From the NCBI GenBank assembly GCA_964276515.1, contig OZ193909.1:3968001-4032000 (forward strand): a stretch of DNA of 64,000 bases, given 5' to 3'. Both the position numbers and the translations under genes were made by a program. Source of the DNA: Gordius albopunctatus (taxonomy: Eukaryota). Shown in pieces: positions 11,572 through 23,800 of the stretch (position 1 is its first letter; every line of letters begins with the position of its first letter). The notes under the pieces were generated by a model. That model was not told the origin of the DNA. It saw only the letters and a program-made list of their open reading frames with translations, and did no database searches.

Positions 11572-12793
11572 TAGGAAAGACCGGGGCTAGTCGTAGCCCG
11601 GGGTTACTATTATCTTTCTAATTATTTTGTAAAATAATATTGATATTAAAGCAAAATTTAAACCATATGTGTATTTTTCCATAAGCCATAAGCAAAAAAA
11701 TATGCTTAGAAAAAATAAAATTTAAAATTTATATTGAGAAAAAACTATTTTTCGGGGCTATTAGTAGCCTTTACAAAATTTTTTATTTAGCACATAAAAT
11801 TTTTTAGGCTGAATATTTTGGATGTATTTAACTTTTATCTTATAAAGGGAGATTTCTATATAAAAATTGTCTAATGATTAAATTTTTATATGCAATATAA
11901 CATCTTAAACTTTTAATTGTTTATGAAAATAGGGGTCGGGGCTAGTCGGAGAGGGGCTATTGCTAGCCATTTTTTATTAAAAAACAAAAAATTTTGTTTA
12001 ATAATCTAACATAGTGTTATTTGGAATAGAAATAGACTATGATTATACATTATAAAACGACTAAAAGTCTTTTTCCATTGCTAAATCCGCCTTTTGAGTG
12101 TTCTTAAGTCAGATTATCATCTTGACTCTATTTTTATTTCTTTTATATAAAATACAATCATATTACATTTGTATTTTCTACATTTTTATAATGAAAGAAT
12201 ATTTTTATTGATTTGAGTTAGCATAAACTTATAAGATGTGAAAACGTCAGAAGCCCTCCTACCCTCTAATATCTTTACCCCTATCGTTGCCTCATGTTCT
12301 GAGACTTTTGGTCCTGCCGCCATCAAGCCTTTTAAAGATATCAGCCGTCGCTGCCCGCCCTCTAAATATTCCACAAATTTTATAGTTAAACAAAAAATTG
12401 GTATTTTAATAGCAAAGTACAATTTTAAACTTTTATTATATGATACATGCGACGCTTTTTAATTATAATTTTTTTATTTTGTTTTCTACCCGCTCTTATA
12501 TTTTTCGAATTTTAACACTTCGTTTTTTATAACGTTCTTACATTCAAATAAACAATATATACATTAAAAAAAATCTAACGGCTATGACTAGATCCGGTTA
12601 TTTTCAAAATATTTTAGATTTTTGTTTTTTTAAACTTAATTTGTGATAAACTTTTATTTGCCTCCAAATATTTTTCCTATAGTAAAAATAGACCTTAAAA
12701 ATATATTCCAACAAAAAAAATGGAAAAATTGTTTTTAGTTTTTTTTAAACGCGATTTAATTTTTTATGGCTAAAGTAGCCCTGGTCTTCCCTA
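11572..12793. mobile_element. About 1.2-kb non-autonomous TIR DNA element with TA target duplication (Tc1/mariner/pogo-like)
   Basis: Ends are TAGGAAAGACCGGGGCTAG... and ...TAGCCCTGGTCTTCCCTA, with internal GGGGCTA..TAGCC repeats. Removing the element restores the RT frame ENI-YLLGSSIGG. Partial copies at 1-255 and 29845-30422. Confidence 0.78.
12238..12573 (+). mobile_element. 5'-truncated 3' end of a related CRE-like element nested in the TA element
   Basis: SEALLPSNIFTPIVASCSETFG..FKDISRR aligns with YSALLASNIFITVVASCSCSFG..FKEIGKR of element B. It is followed by a T-rich UTR, AATAAA and an A-run. Copy at 46128-46463. Confidence 0.7.
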
Positions 12794-13404
12794 TATGTTT
12801 TCTCTCTCTAAAACTAAAAATGTTTCAAAAACTGGAAAGTCAATAGTGTTGGGAACCTAAAAGATTTAACATTTTTTCGAGTATGATTTAAGATTTAGAG
12901 TGGGTTCAAAGTTTTTGATGATTTCTAGAGCTTTACTAATCTCCTCCGGGCGGCCAAATAGTGTGGCGTCGTTGATACAAAATATTTAAATCGAGGGTAC
13001 ACTGAGATGATATAGCCTCGACTGAATTATGAATGCCTAAACAAAATAAAGGAGGGCCTAATGGATCTCCTTGTTGGATGCCTTCGGACGAGTCAATGAG
13101 GTATTCGCCGAATCTAAGCTTGGTTATAGAACCATAGCTTAATAAAATGTAATTTAAAAATTGTGTGGATACAGCTAAAAAAGTGTTAATGAGGGTTTCT
13201 CTTCGAATGCTGTTAAAAGCATTGGCAAATATAATGATTTTTCCTATTGCTTGCGGCTAGATATGCTTTTATGTACATTATCATATATAAAAAATTTGTT
13301 AGTTGATTAAAAAATCTTATTTTTATTTAATATCTGTGACGAAAGGGTTAGGACATTTTTTATCAATAGAGACGATAGTTTATCACCCCATATATGTCAA
13401 CTTT

Positions 13405-13604
13405 NNNNNNNNNNNNNNNNNNNNNNNNNNNNNNNNNNNNNNNNNNNNNNNNNNNNNNNNNNNNNNNNNNNNNNNNNNNNNNNNNNNNNNNNNNNNNNNN
13501 NNNNNNNNNNNNNNNNNNNNNNNNNNNNNNNNNNNNNNNNNNNNNNNNNNNNNNNNNNNNNNNNNNNNNNNNNNNNNNNNNNNNNNNNNNNNNNNNNNNN
13601 NNNN
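13405..13604. other. Assembly gap (200 N)
   Basis: N run. The full unit has 624 bp between these flanks (44673-45296). Confidence 0.99.
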
Positions 13605-14105
13605 AATCATCATTCGATTGGTTGATCGTTATTAGTTGTTATTACACATTTTGTACATTTTTAATAGTAGGAAATAAAGGATAGAAAGTGCGCATATAAA
13701 AAATATATAAAAATTTCTTACAAAATTACTGAATATGATTTAAATATAATAATAAGATTATAATTACCATAATAATATCGAGTATCTTATTCGCTGGGAT
13801 TTTTATTTTCAAAAGGCATGCTTCTCAATCACCTATAAAGAATGGTAAAAATCCTTAAACTTTCAAAAGTGTGTCTTTTTTCGACGATTTTACTTTGCTA
13901 ATCTTGATTTTCACTGTGGCTCACCAGAAGTTTTTTTCAATTCTTCCTCACTTGTTAACCCATATGATGGCTAAGCGTTATATATAAACAGAACATTTCT
14001 ATAATATTTAAATGTATGCAATCATCTAAACTAATTTTGTGTTACATATATTTTTGATTATAAATTTCAAAAAAATGCATCATAATGCGTCTCGGTCGAT
14101 CGCCT

Positions 14106-15736
14106 TTAATCTGGGGTTGAATATCTTCCCGGAAATAAAACATTTCCAGACTCAACTTCGATTAGTAAATGCAAGAACGGTCTATTAAAAAACATATTGT
14201 CAAATGCTCTATCTTCGAGGGCTCCACCAGTGGCCGCTGCCCCTTTACTTCCTTTTTCGTTCATTTGAAAATTGACTTTATGAACCATTTTATCCAACGA
14301 CAAGGCTCGTGATTTGACGATATTGTTCAAACTATGGCTGGAAACATGCATAATGGAAGTTCAGTTATATACATTTATACATAAAATTCATCTCCAAATA
14401 TATATCGATAGTTACTTAAAGATGCAACTTAGATTAGAATTCGCCAATATCGTGTTCATCTGCAAGTTTAATAAAATTATGTAATACCAATCCATTATGT
14501 AGTATCCAATTTGTTTCCACTAATGGTAATTTATGATTGATAAAATGGGAGGGTGGAAATGGGTTTAGATATTTCGGTCGTCCAGCGACCATTATCAAAT
14601 CGTCCTTCGTTCCTTATTTGTAATCCACATCACTTGTAATTTACCCTTTTTTTATTGATAATGGTCGCTGGACGACCGAAATATGTAAACCCATTTCCAC
14701 CCTCCCATTTTATCAATCCTAAATTACCATTATTGGAAACAACCTCGATACTATCTGCAAGTTTGTTTTACGATCAATCAGAGGTATGGAGATGTTAGGA
14801 ATTTTGATGGAAGCTTTCTTGAGTGCATTCACTAATATATTAGGATCCATAAAAAGTTTGTATTTGAGTGCTTTTAACGTTGATTTGGAATTGGGAAGAA
14901 TTAGGACCGTTTTAAATTTGGTCTCTTTGTGATTCAAGATTAAATAATTGGCCAAATCTCTCATGTCTGTATATTGTTCGATCTCTAATTAAGCAATATT
15001 CATCACGGGTGTTAAGACATATCGACCGTCTTCTGTATGAATATTTTGCTGAGTCGTTCATCTTCAAAAATTAATTAGAAAATATAAAGTGGGCTTAAAA
15101 AATTAGCTCTTATCGAACGGAACTTCCCACAGTCCTTTAAAATAGAGAGTGCTGAGAGAAGCTATAAGAGTGTTGCTTGTAATATCTCTAGGGGAAAATA
15201 AATCCCGAATTCTGTTACGAGTAGGCTGAGCTACTTTAGCATTGATGGCTTTAAAAGTTTGATCTGGTGAATTGTAACTAGTCGGGGTCACCAAGGCCCT
15301 AAATATTTTCTTTACGGCGTTAGCATAATTTGGATTTATAGTCATTCTATTATTGACAAATAGCTCATTTAATATTTTAATTTCGGTTGCATCGTTTTTG
15401 TAGTCTTGATATTTGCTCAAAAAACCTGACTACCTTCTAATGTATTCGTGTGTCAAAGACTGCTGCAAAAAATTTCCTAGTTCAGCGTAGCAAGTTTCAT
15501 CTCTAGTTCCCGCCGCGTATATGTACATGGCAGTTTTAAGGTTAAACGGTGAAAATACGTAATTTTGGTTATATTTATTGATGATACACGCTATTTTGAT
15601 GCTTACTAATGACCTGTGGATTAACGTCTGCACTCAAACTCACAGTTATGAGTGTTAAGGCTAAATAGATTTATAACATAATAATTTTTGAATGAAAAAA
15701 TAAAAACTCACCGAAGCAGAGTAATGTAATGAACAT
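14106..15736 (-). pseudogene. Serpin pseudogene, second copy
   Basis: Reverse complement of 42541-44171 with the same lesions. The C-terminus reads LFPGRYSTPD rather than LFLGRYSSPD. Confidence 0.9.
14458..14764. mobile_element. Same hairpin insertion in the second serpin copy
   Basis: Reverse complement of 43513-43819. Confidence 0.85.
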
Positions 15737-16649
15737 GTCGATCTTGAAAAAAATTATCTCAATATCCGTGAATGATTTTTCATGGGGTCAGTATCTAAAT
15801 AAAGAGATCAGCGACATCCTTAAAGTATAAGTAAATAGCATAGACTTGATAAATAGCCTCATTGATTTTTAAAGGTGCAATATTTTAATGTCATAGAGAA
15901 GAATAATTTTGTTTCAAAAAATGCATTAAAACAGTGGATAATCTCCCTCTTATAATAAATTCAACAAAACCCTTTCACAAGATCTCGTCTCGGTTTAGAA
16001 AAATCTCGTCTCGACGAGAATTCTCGACTTGTCTCGACTTATTTTATAAAAAATTTATACGAAATTAAAATTTCTTATGTTTTGTTAAAAATATTAAATA
16101 AGTGATAAAAAAATCCAAATGGAAAACTTTTTATATTTTTCTAAGAACATAAATACACAAACTCCTTAAAGATCTAGCACGACACGACATCTCATTGACA
16201 AAATAAATATAATGAACTAATTCATACAGATAATATTTTCTATGGAAAGTGCAAATCAAAAATAAGCTATAAATAATTTTGATGTATATAAAGTTGAATT
16301 TATAGTTCCAGCAAATTTAACATTTTATCTAATTCACCGTGTCTGTAAAATGTAAAAGACTTGAAAATTTATAATATTTGAATTAATTATTGAATATAGC
16401 GTTATAATCCACAAAATGAGAGTGATTTTTAATGATAATAATATTATTTAAAGAATTGATAATTAGTTGCACATATTATAACGTAAAACAAAAATAAAAG
16501 TGGCATTATCAAAGGATCAAGAACATATAATTGTAAACTTTAAATGAGAGCATGCGTATTTTATTTTATGACAAACATTTTAATCAAATTTGTATTCTAA
16601 ATAATTACTTTCTAGTTCTAACTAACTTTGCCATTAACGATATATTTAT

Positions 16650-17950
16650 TTGGATCCCTTCTGCGGATTCAAGGAAGAATTCTCCAAATTTCGAAATCGA
16701 AGGACATCCGGAACTTAAAATGATGTAGTTGGTGTATTGGGGAAATAGCTTGATAAAACCATTAATGAAGGCAGTGCGGCGAATGCTATTGAAAGCATTT
16801 TTAAAATCCAGTTTTATAAAGGAGTCACCCAGAGCGAGGTGTTCCAGGGCTAAGCCTGCGGCATGGGTAGCTATCTCGCACCCTCCTTCGACCCCGAAGC
16901 CTAGTTGATGCGGTTTTAAAGTAGGGGTCAATATTGGTTTGATCGCCGAGCAAATTAATTTAGAAATAATTCTTCGGAAGACACCGCCGATAGGGATAGG
17001 CCTGGCTGAATTGTCGGCCTTCCTAATAGCTAAAAGCTTAGCTCCAAAGACTATGGGCGTTATTTCTTTAGGTATACTCTCATTGACTAAAAGGTTACAA
17101 AATTTGGTGAGTAAGTCTAGTAAGATGGAGGAGTTATTATTATCAATTGTTATAAGATATTTTAAAAAAATTGGTTTTATGCCGTCGAGACCACCTGCAG
17201 AATCCATGGGAAAAGATAAGATGGCATCTCGAATGTCTGATGACTTAAAAGCAATATCTGAAGGTTGCGAGGGCGATAGGTAAGTAGAAGATAGACTCTG
17301 GGGATGTTTGAGAACCATTTCTTCATATGATTTTTGTGAAGGACTCAAAAATGAATTGTCTTCTTCGAGGTATCTCATTGCGCTTTTGATGTTGAATGAG
17401 TGAATTTTTCTAGAGTTTTTTTTCGCTTTTTGTTTGGGGGTTAATATTTGGGATTCCTTTCTATCCATGTTATATGCTGGAGGGCTGTTTATTATGAGTA
17501 ATTATTGCTTCCTTGTCTTGAGGAATATATCAAATGTAAAAAGAGAATTTAAATAATTTCTTCCAATAGGATAGGTTCGGAGGGAGAGAAATAATATTGT
17601 TAAGTAATTTTATTAAAAACTGTTGCATGCACGCCAGGGCCCCCCTTGGAATTCTGGATATGGTTGGTGGGAATGCTTGAGATAAAAAGGCTCTGCTCCA
17701 TGTCATGTCATTTTTTTCATTTGTGGTATAGTAGGTTTGATGATGTATTAGATTAGGTATATCTGTACCAGAAGGGCTAAAATTAATGTTATCATCCAAT
17801 ATTAAGGTAGATGGTGGACGTATTATGTTTGGGGGAGCGAACTTCCCTGATGAGGGGCATTTATTTGTAACAGGGCTATGTTGTAAAAAACAATACTTTT
17901 TGTTTAATTAGATATTTCTGGAGCACAAGGGGCATAGGGATTTCGAAAGG
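16650..17950 (-). mobile_element. CRE-like element A copy
   Basis: Reverse complement of 40327-41627 (includes the 287-aa ORF 16605-17468). Confidence 0.85.
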
Positions 17951-18021
17951 ACTATTTAATATGTATTAGAATTTTATCACAGGCAAAAAGATTTATTTAT
18001 GTCAAAACGAATGATTTATTG

Positions 18022-20195
18022 TAACCATTGCACGGTTTACTTATCGGTACGGATCCTGATTCTAGTCTGTTCCTCAAGTCAATTCGGACATTCGATTTAT
18101 GCTTCCAAATGACATCGTTCGGAGCAAAAGAAATAGTTGAGAATAATGCTGAAAACTGTCAACAATTTAATTCAACGTTTAAAATGAAAAGCAAGGTTTT
18201 CACAAAGGGGGTTCATTGCTGCCGATGCCAAAAGAATCTTATAAATTTTTACAAATTTACTTTATGGGTGGTGGCGACTGCGAACGCGCACTCGCTAATC
18301 GCGTGAATGCACGTTGCGGCTACAACAACAAAAATTTCTGCGAATATTTGGTAGGTCTGAGAATTGGTTTTAAACTATTTTTTAAACCACTAAGTGATAA
18401 GACGTTCAAGTTATTTTGTTACATACGTTTTGACGTTTAATAAAATGTCAATCAAAAGCAACCTCATGACGTCATACAGGAGTACTGTAAAATGCAACAA
18501 TTTAAATAATCTTTCATATAAAAAAAGAGCTGAAGTATTCTATTTATTAAAAGTATTCTATTTATTAACATATCCGCAATAATATTTTGCCCCGCACGTT
18601 GCTGGATGTATTCGAATGAGTACTTTAAAACTTGATAATCAGTTTATTGTTCACCAAAGAAATCCAATGGACGAATACGAGTTATAACTTATAATGATAT
18701 TTAATCAAATTGTCAAGACAACAATATCTTGGATTTAAATGCAAGCGTTAAACGATATCAATTATTTGTGCGCGGTCGAAATATAAGTGCGCAAAATAGG
18801 TGATATTGGGTGATGTGGAAGGACTAATGAAGGTATTGGATTAGGGGTGGTGTAGGTTTTCTGAGATAGTTGCAACAGGACAACCGAGTTCTAAGTAAGA
18901 AAAAAAATATTATTATTTGCAGGATAAAAATACAGCTATTTAAACCCTGTCGATGTACTGAACTTCTCAATTTGCATTAGGGATGCCCTCAACCTTACGA
19001 CAGGTTGATGTACTGCACATCTCAATTTGCATGAGGAATGCCTTTAACATATTCGCCTGTTTCTAATTAGTGCCTTAAACAAACCATTAATTAGGAATCT
19101 CCCACAGACGATAAATAGTTTCTCAACCTTTTATTCACACCACTAATTAAATTAAATTTTATTCCCACCACTTATTAGGTTACTTCAATAAATTAATTGG
19201 CAATATACAACACGAGGATTAGCACTTGCTCACATTTTGATTTAGTTCATCGACAAAATATCTCCTGAAGACATTGATAGTTTAATTTATGCAGAAATTC
19301 CAAATCCGTGTACTGATAAATTATTGTTTGATATTGTTACTACAAACATAATCATGGCCCATGTGGATATTTTAATCAATCATCGACATAGTGTATATAC
19401 AGTGAATCCAATGCAGACTTAGTTCTTTCAACTGCGACTGTTGTTGGTTAATGGCACCGGCTCATGGTCATTTCACGATATATGTAAAGTAAATGGACAA
19501 CAGTATCTAGCGTATAAAGATGCATGCCCTACATTAGGCTTGCTAGAAGACGACAACTATCAGGACAGTATTCTTACTGAAGCAGCATTAAACTATACAG
19601 GAACACAAATTCGTCAACTATTCGCTATAGTGTTGACTGAATGTTTTTAAAATTAGTCATTTTGGTATGAGTTAACCAAATCAATGTACATCTGATTTAC
19701 TCAACACTGATATGAGTCTTGAACTGCAGTATAATACTTTAGAAATGGCAGCGATTGTTACTCGCAATGTCCCACCACTAACTCATGAACAAAAAACCAT
19801 TTACGACCGCATTATGCTGATAGTTTCGTCAGGACAAGGGGTTTCTTTTTTTTTTTTTTTGTTAAAGTTTATTTTCAAGAAACAAAGTTACATTAATAAG
19901 CGAAATACAAAAATAAAGACATATGGTAGAACTGGCAAAACATTTCTCATTTAGATAATTCTTGCCGACATACGATACAAAAAAGGCATTGCATTGGCTG
20001 TGTCATTAAAATATTAATGAAAAACTCGAAGTCAGCATTTTGAATGGCAAGGTTCGATGTGAACATGTATGCTGTCACGAATCCCTATGATTCCCACATA
20101 TATGCCGATTGAATTCAAACGCATAAAATTTCCAATTAGATTGGCATTCCCATGACAATCAATAAGGCGCAAGGCCAAACGATGTCTATTTATAG
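18022..20195 (+). mobile_element. Degenerate, internally deleted Helitron Rep/PIF1-helicase relic
   Basis: Fragments appear in the expected order: FLKSIRTFDLCFQMTSFG, LPMP..YKFLQIYFMG, RGLALAHIL (HUH-like), AEIPNP..DKLLFDIV..HGPCG, LRLLLVN..YKDAC..LGLLEDD, EQKTIYDRIM..GQG..GRTGKTFLI (Walker A), and RIPMIP..FKR..FPIRLAF..TINKAQGQT. Many stops and frameshifts; no termini found; boundaries approximate. Confidence 0.88.
18801..19171 (-). repeat. Related LTR-like repeat inserted in the Helitron relic
   Basis: Diverged, oppositely oriented relative of the repeat at 1008-1254, with TAGG near both flanks. Copies at about 39106-39476 and 57803-58173. Confidence 0.4.
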
Positions 20196-20354
20196 CTTAA
20201 ATGAATTATTTTTTAATCGTCATAATTTGATGTATATATAGGTAGCAAAAATGATTTAATAAAGTATAAAGAATGAAATTAATAAATGATTAGTGTATTG
20301 TCATTTATAAGCCAACAATCATTAACCTGCAATTTATTTACTAATTTCTAATAT

Positions 20355-20810
20355 AACAATTAATTAGTTGAATAAAACGAGCTGAAGTACAAATATTAAT
20401 AATAACAATTAATTAGTTGAGTAAAACGAGCTAAAGTACAACTATTAACAATAACAATTAATTAGTTGAGTAAAACGAGCTAAAGTACAAATATTAATAA
20501 TAACAATTAATTAGTTGAGTAAAACGAGCTAAAGTACAAATATTAATAGTAACAATTAATTAGTTGAGTAAAACGAGCTAAAGTACAAATATTAATAATA
20601 ACAATTAATTAGTTGAGTAAAACGAGCTAAAGTACAAATTTTAATAGTAAAAATTAATTAGTTGAGTAAAACGAACGGAAGTACAAATATTAATAGTAAC
20701 AATTAATTAGTTTAGTAAAACGAGCTGAAGTATTAATAATAATAATAATTAATTAGTTGAGTAAAACGAGCTAAAGTACAAATATATATAATAACAATTA
20801 ATTAGTTGAG
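20355..20810. repeat. 49-bp minisatellite copy
   Basis: Same array, 4 bp longer than in contig 1. Confidence 0.95.
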
Positions 20811-20844
20811 ATATTATTTGAAAATTATACAAATTAAAGTCGTA

Positions 20845-23800
20845 ATGCAAAATTTTATGCATAAATATTTATTATTTATATTGGCGAGTAAGCTTTAATA
20901 TATATTTGACTTATATTAAATATAATTATATCGATTTAAATCATTGGAAATTATTAAAAATTACCTATTCAATATTTTGATATTTTGTTAAAATTCCAAA
21001 ATTTTTTAAAATTTAGTTCTATATAAAGTCAACTTTGCGCTAACGTACGAAGAATTTAATGACAATTTCAATGCGTGTCCTATAGGAAGTTATGGAATTG
21101 ATTGCTCACAAAGTAAAATAACACCTTTAAAAGTATCAATGAAAAAGTTTAAAAAAAGTCATAACATTTCGATTAGAACCTAACTCAATATGAAAAATCA
21201 AATATCGTTTTTCATTTGGATATTTAAACTATATTCGTTGGTTAAGGTTTGTAGAACAGAATCAAACAATCAATTCTTTTTAAACAAATCAGAAAGGATT
21301 AAAATAAACTTTTTTGAATTAAAAAATTTAGAAGTAGTAAAAGGCTTTCATTAGTTAGTAAATAATATTAAAACGTTTCGAAAATTAGCCCACTTCACAG
21401 CCTAAAACTACAAATCTAGTTCCACTAAATAATGCCTCATAATCTTAATACTATATAAATTAACTAAAATTTAACGTTAATAATAACTTTGATAAAATAG
21501 ACAGTTAAAAAATGTTAAATACTTTCAATAAAACACATTTATAAAAACATATATTCTTTTGTTTACGCATATTTCACATGCTTATTAATAGATTGTTCGT
21601 GTAACTTGAAAGGCTCATTTGGTGAATGTGATTTTTATGGTTGGTGCATATGCCATGATAACTATTCCGGAGGCTATTGCCAAGACGGTTATAATAATTA
21701 TGACACATAATATATTCATTTCCAATTTATCAGTTATGTTATTTATGATTTGGCTATCAAAAAATTAATTTAGAATTAAGAAAATTTTCTTCTTCTTTAT
21801 CAAGTATTTGATCTCACTGTCGTCGGATTTGTTTTGACAGTTTTCTTTTATCTTGAATTGGTAAGGGCCATGTCTTGGTTAATATTCTTATTATTCATAA
21901 CTTTGTCCACTTGTCCTTGCAATGAGACAAGAGCGTCCTCCTCCTCCTTTCCACGATACCCCCATATACAGTACTTTTCGAATACATCACTCGTCTTCCT
22001 TCTTAGTATGTGCCCATCTTTTTTCGTTAAGTCCGTCATAAGTTGAATATCCATTTTCGTCCTGAGAAACATATGGTCGAGCTTAGTATACCCAAGGCTC
22101 CACCATATGACTCTCTTCTCCATGGCCTGTACCAACTTTTCTTCCGTGACGTATAGTGCCTCTGTAAAGTAACCCCAATCTTACGATGGATTTGTAAGCT
22201 TTGTTCTTCAACCATAGTGGAATTTTCTTGTCGCACATTACACGTGATAGACTTCGCCATTTAAGCCATCTTTTTTGAATCCGGGCATTTACGTGTGTTG
22301 CGTAATCTCTCTCCTAATGTTGCATCGAGTCAAGGTATGCAAACCTATCTACTTTTGGGTACTTCATATAATCATCTAATGATGTGGTGTCTATAACCTT
22401 TATCTCCATGTACACCGTTTTTATATTTTTGACCTTTAAACCATATTCCGCTGAGCGCTTTGACCATTTTTTGGCTTCTTAGAATACTTTCTCCTTTGTC
22501 CCTTCGCATAGTAATATATCATCGGCATATAGCATACAGCAGATGGCTTATAAATGTCTCTAGTTATCATCCACAATTATATTGAATAAAAAACGATTTA
22601 AAGCAGATCATTCTTGTAATCCAATTTTAACCTAAAAAGGTTGAGAGTCTCCAACTGTCGTCCTAACGCACGTTGAAGTTTGATACATATTTTTCATAAG
22701 TTGTACATATGCGTCAGGGATGATTTATTTTACATTTACCAAAATATGGACTTTGCAACAAAACCTAATTTATTTGTATATGACCTTCACCCAAACTAAA
22801 TTTTTATATCATATAGGATCAACATCTAATCAGATGAGAGATTTAAAGTAAAAAGCAGCTGACTTAACTTGCTTTTAAATGCCACAATTAAAACATTTTG
22901 ATAATCATCTATGTTGTATAAATCAAGGAAACACATGTATGAATAGAAAACCAATTCAATGCAGGGGGTTAAGATTAATTAGTTCATATTTAATTAAAAT
23001 ACCGTTAAAATTTATCTATATGAAAGACATTATTACTACGCTCTCTATATAATAGTAATAATAATAAAATTCTGAGCTAGACTCATATGCAACAAACTTC
23101 ATTGTTTATTTAGTGAGTAAATGTCCATCTAAAAAGGTGAATCCAATCGGAATGTGCATTTGTCAGGATTACGTTGTTGGGCAACTCTGCAACGAAAGTA
23201 AGTAACTTCTAAACCTATTTACTATGGCATAAGCCAACGATTTGAAAAAATAAAAATGAAATGTATTTTTGGGGCAATTACAGAGTGCGTTCGGAGTCAA
23301 ACACTGTGGACTCATAATGGATACTGCGTTTGCAAAGATGGATTTTATGGTCGTTTGTGTGAATCGGGTACATTATTCTCTATTAACCCTCGAGAGCATT
23401 CGTGGGGTCCAAACACAAATATAAAATGCATTTAAAAACGAATTAATCTGGCCTTTTCAGTAGCCTAATATTTTACCAAGAACTAAGTTTTAGGAAAATT
23501 TCATAACTTTTGGCCCACTACTTTTTAAACTGTGTACCCCACGAATGCTCTCACGTAAGTTTTTTTCTATTGGAAAAAATGTATGTATTTTTTTTGTTTG
23601 ATGATATCTTTTACAATTTGTGTTTTTAATATATTTTGGACATTCTTTTAATAAAAAATCACGTTTATTTTGATTTATTTTAAGGTATATGATGTCAAGA
23701 GGTAAAACTCTAAAATAGTCAAAATAAAAATGGGGGTCAAGAAAATCGTTAATAAGTTTTGTAATGTTGATTAGATTCATATCAAAATTTATACCATCAA

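Larger units (their letters stand above)
1..12538 (+). repeat. Short (12,538-bp) variant of the large tandem unit
   Basis: Bases 1-866 recur at 12539-13404 within one contig. Compared with the full unit it lacks about 6,156 bp at a junction at 1253-1254. Confidence 0.9.
10453..13270 (-). mobile_element. CRE-like element B copy
   Basis: Reverse complement of 45430-48248. Partial copies also lie at 256-732 and 28726-29844. Confidence 0.82.

Noticed and set aside
15968..16200. TCTCG(T/A)C motif cluster resembling a hAT-like subterminal region
   Set aside because: No convincing paired TIR or target duplication was found.
16605..17468. Retron, group II intron or domesticated RT gene
   Set aside because: The motifs are non-LTR (CRE-like) and the ORF is truncated before QGDPL and the catalytic YxDD.
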